Assembly (NCBI GenBank): GCA_051294375.1 | Contig: CM119271.1 | Location: forward strand, 4,907,579-4,971,578 | Source: Paraspadella gotoi | Lineage: Eukaryota > Animalia > Chaetognatha | Length of the DNA stretch: 64,000 bases | Direction: 5' to 3' | Program-made: the position numbers and the translations under genes | Notes under the pieces: generated by a model | Told to the model about the DNA's origin: nothing | What the model saw: only the letters and a program-made list of their open reading frames with translations | The model's database searches: none | Part shown: positions 1 through 15,400 of the stretch, piece by piece | Numbering within the stretch: the first letter of the stretch is position 1 | Layout: every line of letters begins with the position of its first letter

Positions 1-3000
1 GTTTGGTGACGAGGGGCTCGAAGATCGCGTAGAGCTCGAAGCCCGAGGTCATCCAGCCCAAAAGGGTCTCGTGGCGACCCGAGTGGAAAAGGATCTTTAA
101 ACTTCCTACAACGGTGGAAGGAGGATTTTAAAATTAGCAAGATCATGTCCTCCGTAAGCGTTTCACTCTGTAAGCAGCCTCCCAGGGCAACTCACTCGAC
201 GGGGTATGCATCCGGTTGTTGAGGAACTGGTAGAGGCCGAATAGACGTTCTCTTCCCTCCTCGTCCTCGTAGGGGGCCTCGATCGTCGGGGAAGTGAACT
301 GCGACGTTGACTTGGATTTGTAGAGGAAGTGACGGAGGTCGGCGATACCCACCTGAGAGAAGAGAGATTTGACTCAGAAACCAGTGACATTTATATTGTC
401 GAATTAATTGATAATAAAAATTTAAAAGTATAGTGATCTCGACAGACGTTACTATCAAAATAAATTAATAAAAAAATCCGAAAAAAAAAAACAACGAAAT
501 ATTGATGCGATAACGAATTATTCATGTAGTAATTTAGATAAAAATGAAATGGAAGATAATCGCCAGTTCTACAATGACAATATCTTTCATCAAAACACCT
601 GCGAGCAGGAATATTGATCAGCCTTGAGGGCGAGGTGCACCACGTCGAGCGTGTTGGAGATTGTCGTCGACGAGGAAGACGACGCCGAAGCCGTGAGCTT
701 CTCCACAATCTTTCGCTTGCAGTCGGAAAGGGTGAAAAAGGCCTCGCGGTCCACGGTCAGGAGGAGGAGGCAGCACCGCGTCGCCTCCTCGTCCACGTAA
801 GAGACATGGGCGTGGAAGAAGGCGCCAGCGTCGAAGCGCGGCAGGCAGATGGGCGTCCACGACTCGGCCGCCTGAGTTGATGGTGGAGGGGAAGAGTTTT
901 GTGGTAAAAAACTGTTAATACCTGCTACTAATGAATTTTTCCATATGGCTAATAAATAAAATCACTAAAACCTTGAACGATTCCGACGAATGGACCAAAT
1001 TAAAAATAAGGTGGAGATCGGCGGGATGCAAATAATATTTCTTCATTCGGACCATAGTGATCAGTTGACCTACATAAAAGGGGAGAAAAAACCTGTTTTT
1101 TCAACTTCAACTCTTCCCTCCATTAACCTTAACGAGTTAACTCACCAGAGTCCGTGATAAGTATTGCAAAGACGAGGTCCCTCACTTTGGCGCAGGAGGA
1201 AGAGATGGCGGCGGAGATTTGATCTCTAACGGAGGCGGCGAGAGGGAGGCAACGCACGGAGCAGAGAAGAATCGAAGGGTCGGTCTCGAAGCGGCGGAGG
1301 AGAAAGTCGATGAACTTTTCGGATCCTGAAAGGAATGCGGTTACTCGTGAAAAATTCGTTCAATTTACACAAGTAAACAAAAAAACCTAGGCTGTTACCA
1401 GCGAGCAGCCTCCTGAGATCGAAGTTGGGTTTGTCGTTAAGGATGCGGTTGAGCGTGGAGAGGGTTAGGACGGAGAGGATCTGATTGTAGACGTAGGTGA
1501 GGCTGAGCGCCATCTGTTGCGTCGACTCCCGCGTCCCGCTCACGGCCACCAGAATCAAGGGGTCGCGGTTGATAAAGACGAACTTGTGGTTTCCTACGCG
1601 GGTAAAAAGGGAGAAAAAGGATGCGACTTCGTTGTAGAAAAATAGTAACTTGATGCGGTATAACTACATGGCCTCAGCTCCACCTTGACTCAGCCAATCA
1701 CAAAGGCTCCGAAGCCCCCAACGCCCCCTGTGATGCCAATTCCAGCTGGGCATCACAGGGAAAGTGGATGTTGCCATAAACTAATTGGTTGTACCAATTT
1801 TATAAAAAAACTCACGACCACTCCAACCTGCGATCATGCATCTCAAACTATCGTCGTCGTCGCGGATGAAAGAGACGAGGGCCTGCATGACGCCGAAGAG
1901 CGTGACCAGCTCGTCTTCATTGCCATAGCGAGTGTAGATGGGTTTTCCGGCGACGCTGAGGGCGAACACGTGTTTTCGTTTTGCCCGCCACTCGTCCGAG
2001 CTGAGGGCGACTGGTTGGCCGCAACTGCCAGGTCGACCCTGATCCAAGAAAAGAAAAGACTCGGAATTCTTTCGATTTCTGATTCGAATAAAAAAGGTGA
2101 TAACAAATTCCGCACCTGTCGTATTCTCTCTTCTTCGTCGTGAGCCTCAGTCGACGTTCGATCCGCGGGCGGGATACATCGGGAACTTAAAGGCCGGGGT
2201 GGACGTTGCTCGGGCGGGATATCTTTGGGAAAGAGCATTATTATAACTATTTCTCAAATAAGAACAGTAAAAATTAACAAACCGGGAGAGTTATCCCCAG
2301 TAACAATCTCGAGACTGCCGCTCTCCAAGCTGCTGCCGACTGAAGAAATGCGGGGCTTAGAGGGAGACGGCGGGTGACTGAAAATATTTTGTAATCATTG
2401 AAAATGTTCAAAACGTTAAAAACTATCGGAAATTGGCCATGAAATATAATCCTTACCTAGAAAAGGAAAGCCGCTCCACTAGCTCTGGATCGAAAGATTC
2501 GTCTTCAGCGTTGTTCACGACTTCAAAAAAAATCAAGGTATAAACTAATAATGAAGTTTAGTGCTTAACATTAACCAAAAACCAACTGACCCAACTCAGT
2601 TTCTGGATTGCTGTGAACGCTGGAGAGGCTCCCCGACAAGGAGACGCGCATCATTTCCTCCTGAATCTCGGAGATGGTTGACCGTCGCAATTCTGTGCGA
2701 CCTTCAACCGAGGCATCTGAGTCGTGAAAGTAAATGATTGCCTGTCGTTCCCATCCTCATTAATCATACGTATCCAAATTTTCATGACTTACGTCGGACT
2801 TACGTCTGACTGCAGCAGAGATGACTTCAACTTCGTCGTTCGCTACACCTGGCGATGTGCCCAAAGCGCCCGTCGGAGTGTCTTCCCATGAATCGTTGGA
2901 GGTGGTTGATACGAGCAGCGCTGCGGAGGCGACCACACCGCCTGATGTATTTATGGAATTAAAAGTTTACTAAAACTTGATAAAAGTTGTAGTCTACTCC

Positions 3001-3228
3001 ACCTGGCTCCTGTCCCTCGGCGACATCGTCCTCGGACTCGGCGCTTACATCGTCCTCCTCCAACTCCACATCCCCGACGAAGGTCGCGCGGGAAAATGAC
3101 GACTCCGACTCCAACTTCGACACTTCGCCTGACGTAATCTCCCCCCACTTCTCGCCCTCGACGTCACCGTCTCTCGTTCTCGTCTCCTCGATCAGCGTCG
3201 AATCGTTTGGCGTCGAGAGCGACTCCAT
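1..3228 (-). CDS. MON1: Vacuolar fusion protein MON1 homolog, multi-exon, 3' end beyond window start
   Basis: Exons encode [96 protein letters not shown] and [20 protein letters not shown], typical of MON1/SAND. Start ATG (MESLSTPND) at 3228 is inferred. Confidence 0.9.
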
Positions 3229-3592
3229 AGTCTCGGCGGGTTTTGCCGGATAAGGAAGGCCCGAGCATCGGGCGTCGAGGTTTCTTTTCGCGTTAGTACT
3301 GTCTTCTTTGTCTTTTGTTTCTGGCACTAAGTGAAGCCAAAAAAAACTAGATTAACATCGTTCGAAAGAAGGTTAACCTAAAAAACAAATAACAAAAGAT
3401 AACAGAATAAAAGAATCAGTAACGTGATCGCAAGCAAAAAAAAAAAAAATATAATACCTTCTTCAGACCCGAATTTTTCCCCGAAGTAACTAAACGTTCA
3501 AAAATGCATTCACCAACCGGTAACTCCCAATGAGACCAGACAATAACGACTAATTTTTCAAAGTCAATCGAGATTCAAGACTAAAAATTAAA

Positions 3593-5258
3593 TCATCTGC
3601 GATTGTTCCTCAAAAATCGCGCCACCAACAGGGCGGCGTTCTTGGCGGCGATGGCTGATTGTTCCATCGCCGACGCAGTTTTCTCAACAGCGTTGATGGA
3701 GACTAGGCCGCCGGTATTGTCCATAATAAATGAAGGGAGAGAAGGCTAAGAGAGAAAAAATCAATCATCAAAAGCAAATTTCGAAAATAATTTTATAAAA
3801 TACTCACCTCGACGGAGTCCGGAATCTCGTCATACTCTGGGTACGCCAACCAATCCTCGTGATGAAATGCGGAATGGTTCACGAATAACCGGTCGACGTG
3901 ATGCATCGTCAAGGGGTAATGCGTGAAGAGTTTCCAGACATTGTAATCAGTGGGTCGTGATGATTTCCTTTTTCGAAAGTGAATGTGAATGTCAGGAAGG
4001 CAATTATTTTTGAAAACCGAGCAACTCACCCTCCGTCGACGGGAACTTGGCGACAGAGAGAGTTGAAGATAAGTGGATCGTCGGCCACGGAGTAGAGACA
4101 GTCGGGAAAATTGGCGGCATTGGCCTCGGCGACTCCAAAGTATGATACGTCAACGTGACCCTTAAAAAAATGAAAAACGTTATTTAAACAAAGCTAAAAA
4201 AAACACTAAGAAGAGCGTTATCGAACCACCTTCACGTAGTTGGCGACGGTCCGGTGATACTTTGTCGGAAATCTCCGCATTTGGCTCTCGACTCCGTCAG
4301 AGGCGATCTTGATCGTTCCACAGCCTCTCGTCGTGCAGGGAACAGCGAGGACGACGGCGTCAAAGTCTTCCGTCGACTCCTCTCCGCTTTCAATCCTCGA
4401 TGTCACGTGATAATGTCCGTCCAACTCGCTCACGCTCTCTACCGTCGCTCGCCGGTGATCCGCTCCAGAGACCTTTAACGCCTCCTCAGCGACCCGATAG
4501 TTTCCTCCCTTGACGGCCCAGAGTCCGCCTCCGGCACCGGCGAGTGAGACGGCACCCACGAAAGCGGGAATGGTCGTCTCCTGACCGTAGTTGGTGCGCA
4601 TGGCGATGCGGGCGAGTTCGTCGACGAAAAGAGGGTGGAGACCCAAGCGTTGGCGAAGGTGCTCGTCGATGGAGACGGAGGAGAGGTCATCGAAGATGGG
4701 CGACAAAGAGCGGAACATTTCGTAGACGGAAGCGAAGGAACGCTTCTGCTCGTCCTGAGCGGGGTAGATTTTGGCGTACCAATCGAGGACGCCGGTCACC
4801 CATTTGTTGAGGCGGAAAAGGTCGAGCCCGTAGCGCCACAAAAGGCGGAACTTGTTTATTATCGAGGAGAAGAAAGTGTAGTGGTGAGTTTGAAAGACAA
4901 CCGAATTTCCGTTGTAAAGACCGAACGTGAACGACGGGCCGCTGGGGACGGGGGAGAGACCCAGGCGGTGGGTGAGGTTGACCATGAGTCGGTTGGCGGG
5001 GTGGATAATGGAACCGCCCGCTTCATAGACGCCATCCCCGACGCGAATCGTCTTGAGTCGTCCGCCGATACGATCCTCCTTCTCAAACACCACCACCTCC
5101 ACGTCGGGGCCCAACTCGTCGTGAAGGAAAAGCGCAGCAGAGGCGCCGCCTATACCGCCGCCTATCACCGCAACTCGTGGCTTGGCGGCGCCCGTGGCCG
5201 ACGAAGCGAGCGAGAAAGGAAACGGATAAAAGACGAGAGCGAAAAGCAACCACATCAT
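3593..5258 (-). CDS. PCYOX1: Prenylcysteine oxidase 1-like, 4 exons
   Basis: Signal peptide, VAVIGGGIGGASAA FAD motif, YEAGGSIIHPAN, GAVSLAG..LWAVKGGN, WLAYPEY. Last exon NAVEKTASAMEQSAIAAKNAALL ends at TGA 3593-3595. Confidence 0.9.
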
Positions 5259-5590
5259 ACGTAGTGGATTTCCTTTCGCATCGAAGCTAATGTTTTGTAA
5301 TCCTTATTCTGGGCTCTATGTATATGTATATGGAAGTGATTTAATTTCAACTTACAGGAAAAAAAAATAATATGAACGATGCAGGGAATTAGCCAATGGC
5401 CAGCTTTATTGTTTCTCTCACTATTGCTTACAAAAACAAGTGAACAGGGACTGGATGATATTTGCAAGAATATTTTTTTGGAATCGATACGATTCAATAA
5501 TTCATTAATCAGGAAATTAACATCCCAGGTAATGCATGTATCGCGAACAAAAAAACAGAATCCAATGAGGGACCCCAAAGTACCGACGAA

Positions 5591-7853
<2,263 letters not shown>

Positions 7854-8130
7854 TTTAGTTAATATTTTACTCTGTTTGATGAACGATCAAACTCAAATTG
7901 ATCAAAATAAAACCAAAAAATCAATAACAGGTTAACATTAACATCTTATAAAAATGAAAGTGAATTTCAGTAAACTAGTACATGCTACACTTTTTGGAAT
8001 AATACTATGTCAATAGTAAAAAGTTGGGAAAATCCTAATCAGATTAAAATGGGGTATACCGAATAAAAGCTATCACAATTCACGAACGTATTGTTCAATT
8101 GAGCACAGTAGGAGCTAGCGCTCCCCTCCC

Positions 8131-11043
8131 TCAAGCCTCCACCAACTCCTCCTCGTTGAGATCGATCCCAAGCGTGTCGCCGGAGTTGATCGGCGGGGGC
8201 AATCCCCGCGCCTTTGACCAATTGGCGAAGCCCTTCTTGGCCGCCTCAACGTCGGCCTCGCCCCGGCGTTTGAGGAAAACCCGGATCCAGCGCTCGGAAA
8301 ACGTTTCGGGCAACATCCGGGAGACGAGCTCCTTCTTGACTTGACGGGCTTGATCCGGGTTCGATTTGGAGTAGAAGCGAACGAAGTCGACTGGGTTCTT
8401 GGACTTTTTGCCATAGTCGATGACGATTATGTTGACGATGAAGTCGGAGGAAGAGAATTCCGGGAGCGAGGGAGATTTGGCTAAGTTGAAGTACTTGGTG
8501 AGCTCCTCCATGCTTTTCTTCACGTTTTTGGAATCGACGAGAGACTGCGCATCGTAGGTCTGACCTGAAAGAGAATGAGCGCAATATTTAAAAAGGCTAT
8601 TTAGTTAGTGAGTCTTTTAAGCTCGATATATATTCTCGATTTATCATCGCTTCATACCGATGAATCGATACAGCTTCCTCCTTTGAATATCCATGGCGAT
8701 CTGTCGCGCTGGGGCCAACTCTTCCTCCGTTGACCAAAGAATTCTCTCGAACACGGAGTCAGTCAAGCGGGTATAAACCTCCGGGTGCCAAATCGCTTCC
8801 GACATTTTCAAAAGCTTTCCGTTGGGTCCTAAAAGACAAATAGCGTTAACATTCCATAACAATCCACGTCTTGTAATTAAACAAAAACATCACCTTTGAA
8901 AAGAAGGAACTCGTTGGCTTTGACGAGCATCTCGCCGATCATACAGGTGATTAAGTCGACGACTTTGTGTTGGTAGGCGCGGCGGTGGAGACTGAACCGC
9001 GTCGAGAACAAATCATAAAGATTTGAGACCTCTTTGTCTCTGGTGCAAATTTGAAGTTCACCTTTTTTTTGTCAGAATAAAAATTTAAGGTAACAACAAC
9101 TAACGCTCAACGCTCCAATTTCTCCATTTAACTTACCATCGACCTTAATGACCCGGGCAAATTTGATCCAGCGAACATGATCGAAATTATTTTTAATATT
9201 AAGGTGGTGGCAATCCCTGAAATCAATTCGATAAAAGATTTTCCATCCTCAAATTATCAATCCCCAAAGATAAAAAAAAATCGATCTCACCTCGAAAAAT
9301 AATCGAACTTGTCGACGTCAATTCCGTTCCGTTTGTTGGCGACGATCTCGTAAAGGTATCTCTTGCTCTCTGGGCGACCGCGGAATTGCCAGAGGTTAGC
9401 TCGGCCGTCGATTGTTACGTCCTCTGTTTGGGCGGACGAAGATGGCGATGGCGAGGGGGACTCTGGTTTCTGCGAGAGGAGAGAAAATTGGATTAAGTAC
9501 GGATGAATTTATTGCGACGGACCTTAAAACATCGAATTCTCAATGAGAATCTCACCCCGTCGCTGCCCTCCTCCGGAAGAGGTCCATAGATCAATTCTTT
9601 GATGAATTTCATATCCTGCTCTTCTAGACCCGCACTTCGAAAAACAGGGAGTAGCTCGTTGACTTCGACGAGGTGGTCGAACATCATGATGGAGGCAAGC
9701 TCGTGGGTCCATGGAGGTTTAGTGTCTATTTTGTGGATGAAAAAATGTTCAAAAAGATGGGAGAACGGGCCGTGTCCGAGATCGTGGCAGAGGCCTGGGC
9801 AAAAAAAAAAAAAAAAGACATATTGAAAAGTATTCTGCGTTAAAATAAATCAGTAAGGAGGCCTGATTTGACGGAGTGACAAACAGGCTCAGTCTCTAAC
9901 TCACCCGCGATTTGAACGCAAAGGACATCTTTGTCGGTGATGTGCAACTCCGGCTGGCGAATCTGGATATTTTTAATCAACTTGCCCGCCAAGTAACACA
10001 CGCCTACGCTATGTTCGAAGCGATTGTGGCACGCCCCTAAGACGGCAAAATCCGCACCAAAGTTACACCCAGTAAAATTAAAAAACTTTTTTTTTACAAA
10101 TTTTTAATTTAGACTTGAGGGAGATACCTGGAAAAACGAAATAGGCAGTCCCAAGCTGCTTGATGTTTCTTAGTCTTTGAAACTGCGGAGTGTCCATGAT
10201 CTTGATGCAAAGGCTGGGAATCTCGATGTGCCCGTGGACAGCATCGTTTAAAATCTTCGAGTCGGACATGACGGTAGGCCACTCTCCTAAGGACGAAAAG
10301 GCAGCGAATAGAAATAGAGAAATTAAAGATCTTTGGGCATTTGTGTAATAAACACGAAAAATACTATTCGTGTTTGACGGAACACAAAACGAGAAAATGA
10401 GAAACTGTCCTTTTAACACGATCAAGTGTGACGATCCCTTTCTTCCGTTTATATATATATATATATATTATACCCGCTTCCTCGGATAAAACTCGAAAAT
10501 TTTACCATTCTTCCTTTACGAGCAAGTGCGAGAAATCACGGCTCGAAAACAACATTAATCACCATCCACAGCATTGTTGGACATAAACTCTCGTTGTAAT
10601 TTGTCGATGCTATTTGTTATTTGTTCATGGTTTATAGATGGTTTATATTGTGTTCTACATGCGTGGCTAAACCGAGCTTACCAGAGAGATCATTGTTTTA
10701 TTGATTGCATATCGAATCGATGCTTGCTTTTGCTTACCTCTAGTTCCGGCTAATGCTTGTTCCAAGAGACTGGCGTTTTAACTGATTACTATCTGCGATA
10801 TTGATACTCAGAAGTTGAGCGAGAGACGGAAATACCGCTCATCACCACGACAGGAATTAATCAAAACCACAATATTGTGTTTGTGAAATCCATACTAGGA
10901 GTTGTTAACAAAATGAAAAAAATCATTATCTTGATCATCATCATCTTACTTCCCCCCCCCCCATCAATTTGTTCTCACAAATTCTTACTTGGTCTTTTGC
11001 GGCGGGGACAGCTCTCTTCCCCGGGATCCTCGGAATTTTCCAT
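8131..11043 (-). CDS. SAMHD1: HD-domain dNTP triphosphohydrolase SAMHD1-like, no SAM domain
   Basis: [81 protein letters not shown]. First exon [18 protein letters not shown] (ATG 11043, GTAAG donor) splices in phase to the acceptor near 10288. Confidence 0.92.
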
Positions 11044-12833
11044 CGTGGATCAAAGACTAATTGAATGAATTCTTAATAAATGCTTTTGCTTTCTGGCAGT
11101 CTTGTCTTCTTTGGGTCGCGAATTCTTTTGAGAAAAAAGTTGGACCTCGCTGTCAAAGAAAGACGAATAAATAAAAAAAATTAAAAAAACCAAAAAAAAA
11201 CGCGCCAAACAAAAAAGTGATGCGGATTCTTATACGGTATTTTGTACGCGTCTTGACAACGCTGTTGAGATCTTGAAGATAAAGCAAAAGAAAAAAAAGG
11301 CGATGCCTTATTTCGGTGTCTATGTCTGAGATCAAGAGTTAATAAGAAAAAAAAAACGAAAGACAACAGAAACACTAAAATGACTAGCATAGTTTTTTTG
11401 GCAATCACGTGCTAAAACGTGCGCGGACGACCTAAATACTTCAAAAAAAGATACACTACGAGTTTCCAGCACCGCTATTCGCACATCGCGACGCGAGTTG
11501 AGGGGGGGGAATAGTAACAGGTGGGGTTACTTTTTTGTTCTGTAGAAACCGATGCATAGATTAATCGAGTAATAAAAAATCAGAATACAACCACGAATCC
11601 ATTCTAAACAAACAAACATACGATAAAAACGCCACATTCGAACTGGCTGAGAATTGGTTAACTTAAAAGAGAATATTGTTTCGGGATAGGAATTGTAAAA
11701 AGGTTTTAAGCGAAAGAGCGATTTGGAATGGAATTTCATTGACAGTCATATACGTAAGAGCGAAAACGGGCACTTCATGGCTACAGAGAACCTTTGCTTG
11801 ATCGAAGCGAATGAGAAATGACATCGATTCTCTCTAAATAAAACTCTAAAAAGCTCGATTCAGGCAACTAAAGGGTCAAGGCAACAATGGGGGAAATTTG
11901 TCGTTGTTGCAGATTTTGGTAATGATAAATGGTAATGAGAACGAAATCATGATATGTCATTCGTGTTAGACCGAAAGTAACGAACGTGATAGCGCTTAAA
12001 ATATTTTCTTAAGGTTCTTATTTTGGACAAAAATTAGGTGGCTTTGCCTAAAAACTACAATTGAATGAATGACATTTTCGGCTAGTATGAGTACTATGAG
12101 ATTTTAGTTAAGATGGAAACGCTAAAAGCTTTGTATATCAACTGATTACAAAAATATATCTGTAATGTCGCTCATGATTGTAAATTAATATATCGGTAAA
12201 TCACGAAAAAATACAAGAAAATCAGCTTATAACTTACATTAACGTTTTAATGACACTGAAATAATAAATAAGTTAAAAAACACCCGATCAAAAACGTGTC
12301 GTTAAGGCCTAAACCGAAATTGTGCTAAAATAAAAATATCGATTTACGGTTATCAATGTTTTTTAAAAATCGATATTAATTATTTTCCTTATTGAAAAGA
12401 AAAGAGAAATATGATTTCTTTAACGTAAACCAAAGCTCAGCTCATCGACTAATAGCTGAACAGACTGAACAGACGATGTCGATGGTTAGGGTCAAACGAC
12501 GGTTCTATTTCTCTTTTAAAAAATATAAACTTCCTTACTCGTCTCTCATCAAAATACAAAACTATATTTTTTACCAATAAAATGGGACTTAATTCATTGA
12601 CTTCAAGAGCACAGAGACGTTTTAGATCGGATATTTTTTCATCGCTAAGAAATTGGATACAATTCAATTTGACTTAGGCAGCATGCACGAATAGTCTAAA
12701 TAATCCAAAATAAACAAATTCCGGCGATAAAAAATCCGCTGGAGCCAAATCAAACGCCGGAGACTAGACAACTCTGAGACTCAGTAACTTAGAGAGGGAA
12801 AAGGGGATGCGAAAAGTTAATAGGGGGTAAAAG

Positions 12834-15400
12834 TCATGCGGTTTGACTTCCAGCCACCAACAATCTCATGATGGCCTCAATGTCCACGTAATTTCCATTG
12901 GACGAGAGCCTCAGCAACTCGGTCATTCTGGCGTCGTCGAGACCAAGACGGTATACGCCATTGTAGGATTCGAGGACCGAGCGGGCGTCCTCGCAGGCCA
13001 AGAATCCGTCCTGGTCCATGTCCTTGAGGTAGAGGGCGTTGCCGAGTTTGGCCAACCCCGTCATCCTTTCCATTGTGGCCACGTCGACTCCGCCCTCCGG
13101 CGTCCTCGCTCCAGCGCTCCGCGAACGACCTCCCTCTCTCGGCGGTGGCGGAGGTGGGACACAGCCACCGGCGGGCACCACGAGATGTTGAGGGGTAGCG
13201 TTCGTCGACTGAGAGCCCGACCGCTCCCTTGGGTGGTGAGCAATGAGCCCTATAGGCGGCGCCTGTGAGCGGCCCCCGCGGGAATGACCGCCGTCGCCAT
13301 GTCCGCGTTGATGACCGCGGTGACTGTGGAACAGCTCGGGAAAGGCCTTTGAGAGCCTGTCCTTGTCCTTCTTACCGCCTCCTTGCCTCGGCTTCGCCTT
13401 TTTCGATTTCTTGGCCGGACAGATGCAGCCTTGCCTGTAAAGGACCAGCAGCAGGATGCCAAACAAAAGGCCCGCAGCGAGCAAGACGCCCGAGGCGACC
13501 AAGACGACGGCGTGATCGAGGATCCAGCCTGGAAGAAGATCGCGATCCCGAGCGGCGCCGGCTCGGGAATGCTCCACGTCCTCGTCCTCGGCTACGCCGT
13601 TTCGCGCCTCCCACCGAATCCGGATGGTGGAGGTGGCGTGGTTGTGGGCGCCGCGCACGTGGAGCTTTAGCATGTATTCGGCCTCTCGGTCTTGAACCTG
13701 GTATTCCTTTACTTTGAGCATGACGAGCGTCAAACCTTGCTCGTCTTCATCCGTCGAGATAGGCATCCCGCCTCCTCTTTTTGATCCACTTCGGCCCAAA
13801 GGAGGCAACGGCGTTTGAACGTACGAATTAACGGGGGACACGCGGTCCCCATCAAGCGTCCAACTAACGTTGCCCTCGTCCAACGGCGGGTGAATACGAA
13901 CACGACACTTAACCAGAAAAGTCTTCCCTCCAGAAACCCCAGACCCTGATCCTAGGTCTGCGCCGCGAGTAGGTCCTTTGTTAGAGAGATAGACGTGCGG
14001 CGGGCACGACAAGTAAGGACCAAAAACATAATGCACATCCGTAACGGTGTCCATCATCGATCGGCCGTGTAGGGGAACGCTAAGAGTGACTCGCATTTGC
14101 GGGAGGCTTTCGCTCAACTCGCTCACTGGGATACGGAAGGCGGCCCGTAGGTGGTCGCCGCTTTGAGAGATAACGGACTGACGTGGGTCGGGGGATCCCA
14201 CAAAAATCTTTTCCCCGTCCTCGAGCTTCCAATACATAGAATGGTCGCCAGGAAGCGGGTTGGCGTGAACGTCGCAGGAAAAAGTGGGTCCGTCGAAATG
14301 CTCCGATTCACGATAGTTGACGGGCGAAGTGGGCGTGGCGGGAGAATCCGTTCTTCGGAATCTTTTCAAAAAATGCGTGCGTTTCTTCGATGAGAGTCGA
14401 GGATGTCGTCGAAGCATTTTCGCGCGTCGCCTGAGATCTACGGCGCGTTTTGAGTGGTGCCTCGCCGTCTTGACCTTTTCTTCCGATTCTTTCTCTGGAG
14501 CCAAGGTGACGTCTCCGAGATTTTTCCCGTCGTCCCGCTCGGCCATCCAATCTTGAGGCACGAAGAACGAATGCGGGCAAATAACTCTAGGGCGGAACCG
14601 AACGTCGAGCGGGATATAGCCGCAGGAAGGCGCCGCTGGATTTCCTTTCCCATCCGTCAAGTGAGGGTGCTTTACGACGCAGGTCACGTTAGCGCCATTG
14701 TGTTCGCTCCTCGGCTTCCATTCTAGCGTTTTGACGACGGTGGCGTCGTCGAGAACGACGCTCTTGACACCGGCCACGCCCGCCGATGGGTTTGTGTAGA
14801 GGACGACGTCGTCGCGCGTCCAATCGAGAGTGGGCGCGCCGAAGAGACCGCTGTACTTTGCCTTGCATTTAAAGACGACCTCGACATTCTCCTTGAAGAC
14901 GTTTTTGGTCGGCGTGCAAGATGGAGGCTCGACGACGGTGAGAAAGACGGCTCGATCTTCGCTGCAAAGGTACTTGCCGGAATCGGCGAGAGAGACAGAC
15001 TCGATCACGAGATCATAGGCCTGGCTGGGTTTCTCTTTGGTGGAAGGGGTGTAGCGGAGTCTAAACAAACAAAGATCGTTATAATTCAAAGGCAAGTTCC
15101 GGATAAAATTTCAAACAAAACTCCATATACTCACTTGAACTTATCCTTCAAACCCTCATCATATAGCTTTCGTCCGATGTAGATGTACTGGACCGACGCA
15201 GAGGCACTTCCGTCATCGACGATTTTGGTCCAAATGGCGGGCTTGTCCACCACAGAACAGTTGAAGATGGCGCGACTTCCGGCGACGAGCGCCACGTGTT
15301 GATCCCTTGATGGAGAAGCGGCGTCGGCGATGATGAAGAAAAGGAATAAGTTTAAAAGGTGAAGAGAGTTAATAAATCGAGGCGAAGGCGCCGCTGGCAT
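12834..15400 (-). CDS. Type-I membrane Ig-superfamily protein (about 4 Ig domains, TM helix, long cytoplasmic tail ending in an EF-hand-like motif), 2 exons
   Basis: Signal peptide (LLNLFLFFIIADA), Ig motifs FNC..W..DSGKYLC and FKC..W..NGANVTCVVKH, TM AVVLVASGVLLAAGLLFGILLLVLY, tail DMDQDGFLACED. One intron at about 15061-15135. Confidence 0.8.

Noticed and set aside
10270-10320. Acceptor upstream of MSDSK as a trans-splice site of SAMHD1
   Set aside because: It pairs in phase with the cis donor of the coding exon at about 10989-11043.
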